Source: Flavobacteriales bacterium
Lineage (GTDB): Bacteria > Bacteroidota > Bacteroidia > Flavobacteriales_F > PHOS-HE28
Reading direction: 5' to 3'
Length of the DNA stretch: 64,000 nt
Assembly: GCA_046329105.1 (NCBI GenBank)
Contig: JAXLVH010000007.1
Span: 128,515-192,514, forward strand
Of this stretch, positions 10,248-21,131 are shown one piece after another. Both the position numbers and the translations under genes were made by a program. Position 1 is the stretch's first letter; each line of letters opens with the position of its first letter. The notes under the pieces were generated by a model, which did not search any database, was not told the DNA's origin, and saw nothing but the letters and a program-made list of their open reading frames with translations.

Positions 10248-10837
10248 TGTTCACGGGCATCGTGGAGGGGACGGGTGAAGTGACCGGGCTGTCGCGGGCC
10301 GGTTCGAATCTTGAACTCGTCGTGCGCGCGAACATCACCGGTGAGTTGCGCATCGACCAGAGTGTGAGCCACAACGGGGTGTGCTTGACGGTAGTGGAGC
10401 TGATGGGCGACCGCTATCGCGTGACCGCCGTGGAAGAGACCCTGCAACGCAGCAACCTCGGCGACTTGAAGCCCGGCGACCCCGTGAACCTTGAACGTTG
10501 CCTGCGCCTGGGCGACCGTTTGGACGGCCACATGGTGCAGGGGCACGTGGACGCCGTGACCACCTGTACGGCCGTGGAAGACCGCGACGGCAGCTGGTGG
10601 TTCTCCTTCGCGCTGCCCGAGCAGAAGCACCTGCTGGTGGAGAAGGGCTCCGTCTGCCTCAACGGCGTGAGCCTGACCATCGCCCAGTTGACGGACCGCG
10701 ACTTCAGCGCGGCGATCATCCCCTACACCTTCGCACACACCAATTTCCATGCACTGCGCCCGGGCCATCGGGTGAACGTGGAATTCGACGTGCTGGGGAA
10801 GTACGTGGAGAGGATCATGCACCTGCGGGCCGGATGA
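10247..10837 (+). CDS. ribE: riboflavin synthase alpha subunit
   Basis: MFTGIVEGTGEV... N-terminus and the duplicated lumazine-binding repeats. The start overlaps the upstream stop (TGATG). Confidence 0.9.
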   Translation: MFTGIVEGTGEVTGLSRAGSNLELVVRANITGELRIDQSVSHNGVCLTVVELMGDRYRVTAVEETLQRSNLGDLKPGDPVNLERCLRLGDRLDGHMVQGHVDAVTTCTAVEDRDGSWWFSFALPEQKHLLVEKGSVCLNGVSLTIAQLTDRDFSAAIIPYTFAHTNFHALRPGHRVNVEFDVLGKYVERIMHLRAG

Positions 10838-10874
10838 GCAGCGAGCGTGGAGCGGATCACGCCATCTTCGCGAC

Positions 10875-13736
10875 ATGTCCGCCCACCCCGATACCGACAA
10901 GCGCCTCTTCCTGCTCGACGCCTTCGCGCTGATCTACCGCGCCTACTTCAGTTTCATCCGCGCACCGCGCGTGAACAGCAAGGGCTTCAACACCAGTGCG
11001 GCCTTCGGTTTCACCACCACCCTGCTGGACCTGATCAAGCGGGAAAGACCCACCCACCTCGCGGTGGTCTTTGATACCTCTGCGCCCACCGAACGGCACG
11101 AGACCTTGCTGGACTACAAGGCCAACCGCGAGGAAATGCCCGACGACATCCGCAGCAATCTGCCATACATCCGCCGCATCATCGAGGCGCTCAACATCCC
11201 CATCCTCGAGAGCGATGGTTACGAGGCCGACGATGTGATCGGCACCCTGGCCAAGAAGGCCGAACTCGAAGGCTACACCACCTTCATGGTGACACCGGAC
11301 AAGGACTTCGGGCAGCTCGTTACGGACCGGATCATCATGTACAAGCCCGGTCGCGGTGGCGATCCACCGGAGAAACTCGGACCCAAGGAGATCCGTGATC
11401 GCTGGGGCGGGCTCAGCAGCACCGAACAGGTCAAGGATATCCTCGGCCTCATGGGCGATGCGGTGGACAACATACCGGGCATACCAGGTATCGGGGAGAA
11501 AACCGCCATCAAACTGGTGCAGCAGTTCGGCTCACTGGAAGGCGTGATCGACGGGGTGGAGCAACTGAAGGGCAAACAGAAGGAGAACGTGATCCAGTTC
11601 GCGGAACAAGGCCGGATGAGCAAGATGCTGGCCACCATCAACACCGACGCGCCGGTGGATCTCGACCACGATGCGTTGCACCTCGATCCGCCGGACAAGG
11701 ACAAGGTGATGGAGGTCTTCAGTGAGCTGGAGTTCAGGACACTGGCCGCCCGTGTGCTCAGCCCTGCGGATGCAGGTGGCGCCGATGCGGGTCCGAAGAG
11801 CAACGGGGCCACCGGTCGGCGCGGGTCCAACGCGCAGGAACCGTCCGCGCAAGTGGACCTGTTCGGCACCACCATGGATGCGGACGGCAACGTGGCGTTG
11901 ACGGAGTTCTCCACCATCGACACGGTGAAGCACCGCTACCTGCTGGAGGACACCAACGAGAAGATGTACATGCTCGCGGCCCAACTGAAGAAACAGCCGC
12001 GTTTCTGTTTCGATACCGAGACCACGGGAACCGATGAGCGTACGGCGGAGCTGGTGGGATTGGCGTTCAGCTTCAAGGCGAACGAGGGCTACTACGTGCC
12101 CGTGCCGGCCGACCGCCAAGAGGCCCAACGCATCGTGGACATCTTCAAACCCGTGCTGGAGAACGAGGCCATCGGCAAGGTGGCGCAGAACGCCAAGTAC
12201 GACATCCGCGTGCTGGCGCGGTACGGCGTGGAGTTGAAGGGACCCCTCTTCGATACCATGGTGGCGCACTACCTGCTGAAGCCCGACCAGCAGAAGCACG
12301 GCATGGACGACATGGCCGAGGCTTACCTGAACTACCGCCCTGTGAGCATCACCGCACTCATCGGCGAGAAGGGGCGCGGCAAGGTGCAGAAGTCCATGCG
12401 CGAGGTGGACCCGGAACTGGTGAAGGAGTACGCCGCCGAGGATGCCGACATCACCTGGCAGCTCGCCCAACGATTCGGGCCGCTGTTGGAGCAGGATGAA
12501 GTGACCGCGCTCTTCAACGAAGTGGAGATGCCGCTGGTGCATGTGCTCGCCGACATGGAGACCGAAGGCATCCGCATCGACATCCCCGCGCTGAAACAGT
12601 TCAGCGAAGAGTTGGGCACGGACCTGCTCCGCCTCCAGGAGGAGATCCATGCGGCCAGCGGTGTGCCCTTCAACATCGACAGCCCCAAGCAACTGGGCGA
12701 CGTGCTCTTTGAAACGTTGAAGCTCGGTGGCGACAGTGTGAAGAAGACCGCAAAGACGGGCCAGTACCAGACCAGTGAGGACATCCTCCAGGGTTTGAGC
12801 AACGCGCACCCGGTGGTACCGCTCATACTGGACTATCGCAGTCTGCGCAAATTGAAGGGGACCTATGTGGATACGCTTCCGGAAGCCGCTGACCCTGTCA
12901 CGCATCGGGTGCATACAAGCTACCTGCAGACCGTGGCGGCCACCGGGCGCCTGGCCAGCAACGACCCGAACCTCCAGAACATCCCCATCCGCACCGAGAA
13001 AGGCCGCGAGATCCGCAAGGCCTTCGTTCCGCGCGATGCGAACTACCAACTGCTCAGTGCCGACTACTCGCAGATCGAATTGCGGATCATCGCGCACATG
13101 AGTGGCGACAAGAACATGCAGGAAGCCTTCCGGCACGGGCTCGATATCCACGCGGCCACGGCGGCCAAGGTGTTCAACGTGGACATCGCTACGGTCACAC
13201 GGGATCAACGGAGTCGGGCCAAGGCCGTCAACTTCGGTATCGCGTACGGCCAGGGTGCGTTCGGGCTTGCCCAGAATCTGGGCATCCCGCGTGCGGAGGC
13301 CAAACAGATCATCGATGACTACTTCGGGCAGTTCCCCGGCGTACGCAACTACATGGACGAGATGATCGGTTTCTGCCGGACCAACGGATACATCAAGACC
13401 CTCATGGGCCGTCGCAGGTATCTGCCGGACATCACCAGCGGCAACAACACCGTGCGCGCACAGGCCGAGCGCATCGCCATCAACGCACCCATGCAGGGCT
13501 CGGCTGCCGACATCATCAAGGTGGCCATGGTGAACATCCATGGCGACCTGAAGCAACGGGGCATGCGCAGCAGGTTGCTGTTGCAGGTGCATGATGAACT
13601 CGTGTTCGATGCCCACAACGACGAGACCGCTGCGTTGAAGGAGTTGGTACGTGATCGTATGGAAGGCGCCCTGGCGCTGGATGTGCCACTTGTTGTTGAC
13701 ATGGCGGTGGGGAAAAACTGGCTGGAGGCGCACTGA
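10875..13736 (+). CDS. polA: DNA polymerase I
   Basis: 953 aa with 5'-3' exonuclease, 3'-5' exonuclease and polymerase palm motifs (e.g. the DYSQIELR region). Confidence 0.95.
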   Translation: MSAHPDTDKRLFLLDAFALIYRAYFSFIRAPRVNSKGFNTSAAFGFTTTLLDLIKRERPTHLAVVFDTSAPTERHETLLDYKANREEMPDDIRSNLPYIRRIIEALNIPILESDGYEADDVIGTLAKKAELEGYTTFMVTPDKDFGQLVTDRIIMYKPGRGGDPPEKLGPKEIRDRWGGLSSTEQVKDILGLMGDAVDNIPGIPGIGEKTAIKLVQQFGSLEGVIDGVEQLKGKQKENVIQFAEQGRMSKMLATINTDAPVDLDHDALHLDPPDKDKVMEVFSELEFRTLAARVLSPADAGGADAGPKSNGATGRRGSNAQEPSAQVDLFGTTMDADGNVALTEFSTIDTVKHRYLLEDTNEKMYMLAAQLKKQPRFCFDTETTGTDERTAELVGLAFSFKANEGYYVPVPADRQEAQRIVDIFKPVLENEAIGKVAQNAKYDIRVLARYGVELKGPLFDTMVAHYLLKPDQQKHGMDDMAEAYLNYRPVSITALIGEKGRGKVQKSMREVDPELVKEYAAEDADITWQLAQRFGPLLEQDEVTALFNEVEMPLVHVLADMETEGIRIDIPALKQFSEELGTDLLRLQEEIHAASGVPFNIDSPKQLGDVLFETLKLGGDSVKKTAKTGQYQTSEDILQGLSNAHPVVPLILDYRSLRKLKGTYVDTLPEAADPVTHRVHTSYLQTVAATGRLASNDPNLQNIPIRTEKGREIRKAFVPRDANYQLLSADYSQIELRIIAHMSGDKNMQEAFRHGLDIHAATAAKVFNVDIATVTRDQRSRAKAVNFGIAYGQGAFGLAQNLGIPRAEAKQIIDDYFGQFPGVRNYMDEMIGFCRTNGYIKTLMGRRRYLPDITSGNNTVRAQAERIAINAPMQGSAADIIKVAMVNIHGDLKQRGMRSRLLLQVHDELVFDAHNDETAALKELVRDRMEGALALDVPLVVDMAVGKNWLEAH

Positions 13737-13793
13737 TCCGTTGCGGCCGAGCGGGACCTTTACCCCGACCTCTCCAAGCACCCCGGAACACAC

Positions 13794-14678
13794 ATGCGCA
13801 CCAGTTGCTGGAACCTCGCCCCGTTGGCGCTGGTCCTCTTGGCGGCCTGCGGTGGCAATGCGCCCCAGCAGGACACGCTCACCACGGACCCCGTCGCCGA
13901 CAGTACCCAGGCCGAACGCCTGCGGAAGACCAAGAACATCTTCCACAACATCCCGAGCCCCATGGAAACGGCCTCGCTCCTGAAAAAGGCCGGAGCCGGG
14001 TATGATAAGAGCGTGCTCAACGATGTGAAGAACGTGGACAACTACACCAGCGCGAGCAAACAAGCACTCAACCTGGGCATCTACGGGGCCGATCTGAGCT
14101 ACGCCGGCGTTTTCAACAACACCCAGGAGAGCATGCTCTACACGGCTTGTGCGCAGAACCTGGCCAAACGGCTCGATGTGGCCAATGCATTCGGGCAGGA
14201 GACCGTGGACCGTATGGAGAAGAACCGCAACGACCGCGACTCCCTGCTCGACATCATCAGCAGTACCTATTGGGATGTGGACGCTTACCTCAAGGACAAT
14301 GGCCGCGACAACATCAGCGCACTCATGATCGCCGGTGGTTGGGTCGAGGGCCTGTACATGGCCACGCAGGTCTGCAAGACCCACGACACGCCCGAGCTCC
14401 GGCAACGCATCGCCGACCAACAGTACCCATTGGGCGAGTTGATCGAACTGATGGGCACGTACAGCACCGATGATCCCGCGGTGAGCGGTGTGAAGAGCGA
14501 CCTGGACGCACTCGCGGGTCTCTTCGCCGCACTGCCCACGCCGGCCGCCAGCACCGTTACCCAGGAGAACGGCGTTGCCGTGATCGGCGGCGGGGCCGCC
14601 CCGGCCGCCATCACCGATGACCAGTTGAAGGCCATCACCGAGAAGACCGCCACCATCCGCAACGGCTATATCAACTGA
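13794..14678 (+). CDS. hypothetical lipoprotein
   Basis: Lipoprotein signal LLAACGG. No family recognised. Confidence 0.5.
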   Translation: MRTSCWNLAPLALVLLAACGGNAPQQDTLTTDPVADSTQAERLRKTKNIFHNIPSPMETASLLKKAGAGYDKSVLNDVKNVDNYTSASKQALNLGIYGADLSYAGVFNNTQESMLYTACAQNLAKRLDVANAFGQETVDRMEKNRNDRDSLLDIISSTYWDVDAYLKDNGRDNISALMIAGGWVEGLYMATQVCKTHDTPELRQRIADQQYPLGELIELMGTYSTDDPAVSGVKSDLDALAGLFAALPTPAASTVTQENGVAVIGGGAAPAAITDDQLKAITEKTATIRNGYIN

Positions 14679-14683
14679 TCCCG

Positions 14684-15121
14684 ATGAAGCACCTCCATCT
14701 GCTCGCCCTCATCGCCGCGATCTCCGCATTGCCCACGGCCGCCACCGCGCAATGCCGTGCGTTCGTGAAGAACAAGTGCGCCGCGAACATGTTGCCGTAC
14801 AAGTTCAACGAGACCTTCAATGCCGCCCAACTCGGCCCCGGCGAGGAGGCGGAGGTGGACCTGACCTTCTTCAGCGGCCAGGACTACAGGCTCATGGTGT
14901 GCGCCCACCCGATCATCGGCGAAGTGAACTGGAAACTTATGGATGGTACCGGTCAGACGCTTTTTGAAAGCCTCGCCAGCGCCCCCAAACCCAGTTTCGA
15001 GTTCAAGGTGGCCACCACGCAGAAGCTCAAAGTGCATATTGACGTGCCAGAGGACAAGTCTTCCGCGACCGAGATGCTCAACTACGGATGCGTCGGTATC
15101 CTGGTCGGCTTCAAGGAGTAG
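14684..15121 (+). CDS. hypothetical secreted protein
   Basis: N-terminal signal peptide. 145 aa, no family recognised. Confidence 0.5.
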   Translation: MKHLHLLALIAAISALPTAATAQCRAFVKNKCAANMLPYKFNETFNAAQLGPGEEAEVDLTFFSGQDYRLMVCAHPIIGEVNWKLMDGTGQTLFESLASAPKPSFEFKVATTQKLKVHIDVPEDKSSATEMLNYGCVGILVGFKE

Positions 15122-15289
15122 CCCTCCATCGATATTCAACCGGACAACGCGGTGGACCCGTCGAAGCGGTCGAACAAGCTCACCGTGTCCCGCCCTTGGT
15201 ATGGCGCCGGACGATCGGAGCGGAGGTCCAATGGTCCCCGGCGCACCCGGTGATCCCTGTCGCCAGGGGTCAAGTTCCGGAGTTGGGCC

Positions 15290-16915
15290 CTACTTCGCAA
15301 GCACGTACCGTGCGTCCTGGAACACGTGCCGGTCCCGCAGGTTCACCGAGATCCCCAAGCGCAGGTAGTTCGTCATCAGGTCATCGCCCCGCTCCGGCAC
15401 ACGCACACGCAAGGTCCAGGCGGCCTCCAGCATCCATCCGCTGCGCGGCTCGATGATCCAGCCGGCCCGTAGTTCGTTATGGTACAGATGTACCATGCTG
15501 GGTCCTCCCAGGTAGTAGCCGTAGTTCTCCAGGCGCCCATCGCTATCGCGCACAGGCCGGGCACTCTCGGGCAGGAACATGTTGTTGCCGTAGCTCTGGT
15601 CGTTCGCCGTACTGGTGTCCTGGCCCAGCACGGCGAAACTGAACACCTCGCGTACGAGCCAGTGGTCCTTCCGCCACTCGCCTTGGACGAGAGCCTCCCA
15701 GAAATTGCTCCCGTACGGGTGCGCCAACGGCTGGTTGAAATGCGCGTAGTTCTGCCGCGTGTCGCTGTGCGTGTACATGAAGGGGCGCACGTAATTGAAC
15801 TCGGCACGAAGGGTGAGGCCCTTCCGGTTGAACGCATCGTGGCCCACCGCACCGAACTGAACGCCCTGCTTGTTGGCGAACCATCCACGGCCCCCGCGCA
15901 CTTCGCGCAACAGGAACTCGTCGAACATGAGCTGGCCGTACAGGAGCGTCCTGCGGCCCACCCGGGTATTCACCGCGAAACCGAGCAACGCGTTGTCCGG
16001 CGAGCCCAGTCCGAATTCGGCAGGCCGGTAGAAGATCACCGGGTTCAGGTAATTGATGTCGAAGCCCCGACGGTACGCCGGGTCGTTATCCTGCCAGATG
16101 ATGGCTTCGAAAAGCGAGATGTTCAGTCGGCTCAACGCGTTCCAGCTGAGGTAGTGCATGCTGGTCCACTTCAGATCGAAGCTGTTCCACTGCCCGTTGG
16201 TGCCGCGTATGTCACTCATGGCGGCGAAGAGGTTCACGTACCGCACCTTCCACACGGTGGTCGTGATCCTCAAGTAGGGATAGCTGTACGCATTGTCGCT
16301 GAGGAACAAGGAGCGCAACCCCTCGCCGAAGAAATTCTTGCCGCGCCCCAGGGTGATGTGGAAGTACTGTCCAGCCTTGTGGTCCACCCAAGCGCTCCAA
16401 TCATGATGGGTGCGCACGGAGCCCGCCCCTGCGTCCCCGTACGCATAGCCCTCCCCGGGCGTCACATGGATGGACCGCACGACGCTGTCCAAATAATTGG
16501 GGAGTGTTTCAGCCCAGACCATGCCGTCCACGTGCAGGCTCCAACGCTTCCCGGCACTCCAGTCCAGTTGGCCACCCAGCCCGGTCCGGAACTTGATCGG
16601 ATCCTTCTCGCCGAATGAACCACCGATCATCGCTTCGGCGAAGGGCGTACCGTACACACCATGCCGGGGTTTGGAGAGGCTGTCCAGCCAGGGCCGCCAC
16701 GCCTTGGGGACCAATGAGTCCGCACCGGGGATCAGCTTCAGGTCCTCCCGCAGATAGGGGCGAATGCCACTGTGGAGTGCGGGATCGGCCTTGATGGACC
16801 GGATACGGCCTCCGATGGGGCCGTCGATGTCCGTGCTCAAAGGCAACCATCCCTGTTGGGCGGTAGCCATGAACGCGGAAAGCAAGGTGGTCACCACCAG
16901 ACAGGTCCTTCTCAT
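15290..16915 (-). CDS. outer-membrane beta-barrel protein (porin-like), paralog 1
   Basis: Signal peptide MRRTCLVVTTLLSAFMATAQQ and aromatic-rich beta-strand periodicity. Clearly homologous to 18034..19614. Its start overlaps the stop of the upstream GT4 gene. Confidence 0.6.
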   Translation of the reverse strand: MRRTCLVVTTLLSAFMATAQQGWLPLSTDIDGPIGGRIRSIKADPALHSGIRPYLREDLKLIPGADSLVPKAWRPWLDSLSKPRHGVYGTPFAEAMIGGSFGEKDPIKFRTGLGGQLDWSAGKRWSLHVDGMVWAETLPNYLDSVVRSIHVTPGEGYAYGDAGAGSVRTHHDWSAWVDHKAGQYFHITLGRGKNFFGEGLRSLFLSDNAYSYPYLRITTTVWKVRYVNLFAAMSDIRGTNGQWNSFDLKWTSMHYLSWNALSRLNISLFEAIIWQDNDPAYRRGFDINYLNPVIFYRPAEFGLGSPDNALLGFAVNTRVGRRTLLYGQLMFDEFLLREVRGGRGWFANKQGVQFGAVGHDAFNRKGLTLRAEFNYVRPFMYTHSDTRQNYAHFNQPLAHPYGSNFWEALVQGEWRKDHWLVREVFSFAVLGQDTSTANDQSYGNNMFLPESARPVRDSDGRLENYGYYLGGPSMVHLYHNELRAGWIIEPRSGWMLEAAWTLRVRVPERGDDLMTNYLRLGISVNLRDRHVFQDARYVLAK

Positions 16916-18027
16916 GGGGCCTTGCGGGAAGTGAGCGTGAAGGGAAGCACCGCCAGTACGAATGCGGTGACACCGAGAACGAGGAGCCCCTTGTTCGGCA
17001 GGATGTCGCGTGTGATCAGGCTGAGCGCGATCATGGCCACCGCGTAGCAATAAAGGATGAGGGTGACGCTCCGGTGCCCGAGACCGAGATCCATCAGGCG
17101 GTGGTGGATGTGGTTGCGGTCGGCCGCCAGTGGACTGCGGCCCTTGGCAAGGCGGATGCTGAAGATGCGCAGGGTGTCCACAAGCGGATAGGCGATCGCG
17201 CTCATGGCGAAGAGCGGCGTGGGCACGGCGGCCAGCCAGCGCGGCAGCTTGCTGACGTCGTGATCGATCACCCGCATGGCCAGGATGCTGATGATGGCCC
17301 CGATGATGAGCGACCCGCTGTCACCCATGAAAATACGAGCGGGATGGTAGTTGAAGACCAGGAAGCCCACCAGGGCACCGGCCAGGGTGAAGGCCAAGAG
17401 GGCCAGCGCAACATCGCCCGCCCAGTACAGCCAAAGGCCATAGGCGCTGGCAGCGATCAGGCCGATGCCGGCGGCCAGGCCGTCCACCCCGTCGATCAGG
17501 TTGAATGCGTTCACCAGCACCACGTACGTGAAGCATGAGAACGCGATGGAGATCTCCTCCGGCAGCTCGTACACGCCGAGGATGCCGTGCATGTCCCGGA
17601 TCCGCACCCCGCCCATCACCACCAGGATGTACGCCACGATCATGTGGCCCACCAGCTTCTTCACCGGGCTGAAGCCGATGATGTCGTCCTTCACGCCGAT
17701 GAAGAACAAGAGCACCATCACCGCAATGGTGAACTTGAAGTCCTTGTACGCCGCACCCATGTCCTGGTACAGGACCTTGAAATCCTCGATGCTGAAGCCC
17801 AACACCGAGGCCTGCGGGAACCACAGGCTGTAGCTGAAGAGGATCGCTGCGAAGATGATGATGCCGCCGATGGTGGGCACGCTACGGCTGTGGATCTTGC
17901 GTTCCTCGCTGGGCTCATCGACCAGGTGCTTCATGCGCGCTACCTTGATCAGGCTGGGCATGGTGAAGAGGGTCACCACGAAGGAGGTGATGAACCCGAG
18001 GAGCAGGATGTACCGGTGCGGTCCCAA
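16912..18027 (-). CDS. glycosyltransferase family 4 (MraY/WecA-type polyprenyl-phosphate sugar-1-phosphate transferase)
   Basis: 371-aa multi-TM protein with the MraY/WecA-like DxxD and cytoplasmic loop motifs. Confidence 0.8.
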   Translation of the reverse strand: MGPHRYILLLGFITSFVVTLFTMPSLIKVARMKHLVDEPSEERKIHSRSVPTIGGIIIFAAILFSYSLWFPQASVLGFSIEDFKVLYQDMGAAYKDFKFTIAVMVLLFFIGVKDDIIGFSPVKKLVGHMIVAYILVVMGGVRIRDMHGILGVYELPEEISIAFSCFTYVVLVNAFNLIDGVDGLAAGIGLIAASAYGLWLYWAGDVALALLAFTLAGALVGFLVFNYHPARIFMGDSGSLIIGAIISILAMRVIDHDVSKLPRWLAAVPTPLFAMSAIAYPLVDTLRIFSIRLAKGRSPLAADRNHIHHRLMDLGLGHRSVTLILYCYAVAMIALSLITRDILPNKGLLVLGVTAFVLAVLPFTLTSRKAP

Positions 18028-18033
18028 TCGGTG

Positions 18034-19614
18034 TCAGTGATCGTAGTAGCGGTTGAACAACCCCGTGCGCAAGCAGACGTAGAGGTAGTGGCAGTTCTGC
18101 GTGTCCGGAGCGGGGTTCACATCACGTGTACTGAGGCCGATGCTCAGGCTCGTGTTCTGGTTGTGGTTGATGCGCCACGCGAAACTCACGTCCAGCCATG
18201 CCCGGGTGCGCTTCACCGCCAGGCTGTCGGCCCCCATGGCATCGCGCGGATCGAAGATGTTCCCCCCGCTCACCGTGGTGGCCGTGGTGTCCACGGTGAA
18301 GGTGGCCAGGCTGCCCTGCACGCGGAACCACCACGTCTGGTTGATGCCGTAGTCGAGGATGGCGACGGCTTCGTTGTATCCGGCACCCAAGGGGCTCGCC
18401 AGCGGTTCGTTGTACTGGCTGTAGCTGCCGCGGGTGAAGCTGCTGGTGTACGCGAACGGGGTTGCGCTGTTGTATTCGGCCAGAAGGTGCAGGTCGCGCA
18501 CCAGGATGTCGAACCATTGGAACCCCGCCTGCCACGCGTAGCGCTGTCGCGCCGGGTCGTCCAGGGCGAATTGGCCATAGACGAAGAACTTGTCGGTGAT
18601 CCGGTATTTGGCATCCAGGCCGATCAGTTGCTTGTGCTCGCCATCGAAGCCGTTCACCAACGTGTTCACCACCGGCACGGGGTTCAGTTGCCAGGCATTG
18701 AACGGCCGCACGCCGGAGCTATCGATGGTGCGCCAGAGCGTGGCTTCGAACAGGCCGAGTTGAACGGGGCCCAGATTCACGCTCAAGTGCTTGAGACCGA
18801 CCCGCCGCCACCAGAAGAGGCTTTCGGCACTCTCCCCGGTGGGCAGCCGGTCGGCCGGGTCGTTCACCGACTGGAAGCGCGCGTTGATCCAGGTGTACTG
18901 CAGGCGCTGATCCGGTGTAATAAAGCTGAACTTCAGGTATGGATACGGGAAGGTATTGTCTCCCAGCAGCACGCTCCGGTATCCGTTGCCAACGAAATGG
19001 CGTCCATTGCCGAACTGCACATTGATCCAGCGGCGAGGGCTCCAGCTCACGTTGCCCATGGCCCACGCGAAATCGAGGCCGCGCTGGTTGAAGGCCTTGA
19101 TGCGCCCCTGCCCGGGCACCACGCCCGTACGTTGGGCGTACTGGTACAGGTACAAGGGAAGCACCGCCTGGTTCTCGTAGAACGTGGTCTGGAAGCTCAC
19201 GTCCTTGCCCAGGTCGGCCTTGATCCAGAAGCCACGCGCGTTGAAGTTGTTGGTGGCCTGGTTGGTGTTGGCCACGGAGGTCTCCACCATGTCGCGTCCC
19301 ATCTCGAAGCGGAACACCGGATCGATGCTCAACTTGAACCCCCCGTGTCTGGCGTTGATCAGGTGCTCGGCGAACAGCTTCTTGGTGAACAGGTAGTAGT
19401 GTCGCCCCTTGTCCGGCCGGAAGCCCATCACGTTGTCCAGATCGGCCCGACTCTCGATCATGGGTCGCAGGCCCGTGTGCATGGTGCTCGTGCGGCAGGC
19501 CCCGTTCCGGTCGATGTCGTAATAGATGTCCCGGTTCAAAGGCACGTCATTCTGCTGGCCGAGGCTCGCACAGGCGCAGCCGCACAGGATCAGGGTGGTC
19601 GCGCAGGAACGCAT
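18034..19614 (-). CDS. outer-membrane beta-barrel protein (porin-like), paralog 2
   Basis: Signal peptide MRSCATTLILCGCACASLGQQ. Shares block similarity with 15290..16915, e.g. the FPYPYLK / YSYPYLR segments. Confidence 0.6.
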   Translation of the reverse strand: MRSCATTLILCGCACASLGQQNDVPLNRDIYYDIDRNGACRTSTMHTGLRPMIESRADLDNVMGFRPDKGRHYYLFTKKLFAEHLINARHGGFKLSIDPVFRFEMGRDMVETSVANTNQATNNFNARGFWIKADLGKDVSFQTTFYENQAVLPLYLYQYAQRTGVVPGQGRIKAFNQRGLDFAWAMGNVSWSPRRWINVQFGNGRHFVGNGYRSVLLGDNTFPYPYLKFSFITPDQRLQYTWINARFQSVNDPADRLPTGESAESLFWWRRVGLKHLSVNLGPVQLGLFEATLWRTIDSSGVRPFNAWQLNPVPVVNTLVNGFDGEHKQLIGLDAKYRITDKFFVYGQFALDDPARQRYAWQAGFQWFDILVRDLHLLAEYNSATPFAYTSSFTRGSYSQYNEPLASPLGAGYNEAVAILDYGINQTWWFRVQGSLATFTVDTTATTVSGGNIFDPRDAMGADSLAVKRTRAWLDVSFAWRINHNQNTSLSIGLSTRDVNPAPDTQNCHYLYVCLRTGLFNRYYDH

Positions 19615-19696
19615 GATGCCGGGCGCCGAAGGTAGAAGGACGGCCCAACCCGCGACCTGCTCCATGCGTACACCGTTCGCCCTTCGAGGGTCCACC

Positions 19697-20083
19697 ATGC
19701 GCTTTCCGCAAGAACGCAATGATCACCTGGTGAACCTGCTCACTATCGCCCGGTTCGACCCATCATCCGAGAACCGCGCAGCCGTGCAGGAGGAATTGTT
19801 GCGTGGCCGTGCTTTGCTCATCGTTCAGGCTCGTCCCGTACCGGGTGATCCGCGCAGTCTGGAGTTCCTGCACGCACCGGTGCTCGATGGCCGCCCCACG
19901 CTGTTCGCCTTCACCAGCGAGGTGGCCTTGCGCAGCTGGTCCACGCAGGACATGGAACTGGTGATCGTGCCGGCCGGGGCATTTTTCCAAGGCTGTCTCA
20001 AGAACGGGATCGGTACCGTGGTGGTGGATGCGAGCACCCCCAACGAGTTGCGCATCGCACTGGGCCGTTCGGCCGCTGCCTGA
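19697..20083 (+). CDS. SseB-family protein (putative)
   Basis: Pattern ..VPG....L.F....DGRPTLFAFTSEVAL...ELVIVPAGAFF resembles the SseB N-terminal domain. Start chosen at the internal ATG. Confidence 0.4.
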   Translation: MRFPQERNDHLVNLLTIARFDPSSENRAAVQEELLRGRALLIVQARPVPGDPRSLEFLHAPVLDGRPTLFAFTSEVALRSWSTQDMELVIVPAGAFFQGCLKNGIGTVVVDASTPNELRIALGRSAAA

Positions 20084-21022
20084 TCAGGCTTTCGCCAGCT
20101 CGCTCTTGGCGAACTCCTCATAAACCGCCGTGATCCCCTCGCGCAAGCCGATGCGGTGCTTCCACCCCAACTTGTGCAAGCGCGAAACATCCATCAGTTT
20201 ACGCGGCGTACCATCGGGCTTCTCGGTGTTCCACTTCAGTTCACCGCTGTAGCCCACGATCTCCTTGATCATCTCGGCGAGCGCCTTGATCGTGAGGTCC
20301 TCGCCCGTACCGATGTTCACGAACAGTTCCTCGTCGTAGTTCTGCAGCAGGAAGAAGCAGGCGTCGGCCAGGTCGTCCACGTGCAGGAACTCGCGCATGG
20401 GCGAGCCCGTGCCCCAGACCTCCACACTCGGGGCGTTCGTGACTTTCGCCGTGTGGAACTTGCGGATGAGCGCGGGCAGCACGTGGCTGTTGTTCAGGTC
20501 GTAGTTGTCGTTGGGCCCGTACAGGTTGGTGGGCATCGCACTGATGTAGTTCACCCCGTACTGACGGCGGTAGCTCTCGGCCATTTTGATACCGGCGATC
20601 TTGGCGATCGCGTATGGCTCGTTCGTCTGCTCGAGCAGCCCGGTGAGCAGGCTTTCCTCCTTCAACGGTTGCGGGGCCATCTTCGGGTATATACACGAGG
20701 AGCCCAGGAACAGCAGCTTCTTCACGCCGTTGCGGTAGGCGCTGTCGATCACGTTGTTCTGGATCATCAGGTTCTCGTGCAGGAACTGCGCGCGGTACAC
20801 GTTGTTGGCATGGATGCCGCCGACTTTCGCCGCTGCGAGCACCACGATGTCCGGCTTCTCACTGGCGAAGAAGTCGCGTACGGGCTGCTGCTCGCGCAGG
20901 TCGAGTTCCTTGCTGGTGCGGGTGACGATGTTGGTGAAACCGTCCTTCTGCAGACGGCGAACGATGGCCGAGCCCACCATGCCGCGGTGGCCGGCGACGA
21001 AGATCTTGTCTGTTTTGTTCAT
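20084..21022 (-). CDS. fcl: GDP-L-fucose synthase
   Basis: 312-aa short-chain dehydrogenase/epimerase with the Fcl N-terminus [15 protein letters not shown]. Confidence 0.9.
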   Translation of the reverse strand: MNKTDKIFVAGHRGMVGSAIVRRLQKDGFTNIVTRTSKELDLREQQPVRDFFASEKPDIVVLAAAKVGGIHANNVYRAQFLHENLMIQNNVIDSAYRNGVKKLLFLGSSCIYPKMAPQPLKEESLLTGLLEQTNEPYAIAKIAGIKMAESYRRQYGVNYISAMPTNLYGPNDNYDLNNSHVLPALIRKFHTAKVTNAPSVEVWGTGSPMREFLHVDDLADACFFLLQNYDEELFVNIGTGEDLTIKALAEMIKEIVGYSGELKWNTEKPDGTPRKLMDVSRLHKLGWKHRIGLREGITAVYEEFAKSELAKA

Positions 21023-21131
21023 CTGTCGAGGCGACGTTCACGTCGTCCGGGATTTTGAAGGTCGTCCTTGAGGGATCCGCACGGATCGGGGCGACATGAA
21101 TGTCGTCCCTGCGGAATGATCGCGAATGCGA

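Noticed and set aside
11740-11900. Ala/Gly/Asp-rich low-complexity insert in PolA (AARVLSPADAGGADAGPKSNGATGRRGSNAQEPS)
   Set aside because: It lies in the flexible linker between the 5'-nuclease and 3'-5' exonuclease domains. Such linkers vary freely and there is no frame disruption.
11532-14420. 962-aa minus-strand ORF
   Set aside because: It is antisense to polA and the downstream lipoprotein gene. It has no motifs and its composition is typical of an antisense artefact.
17587-19635. 682-aa plus-strand ORF
   Set aside because: It is antisense to the GT4 gene and barrel paralog 2. It is Arg/Ala/His/Val-rich with no domain.
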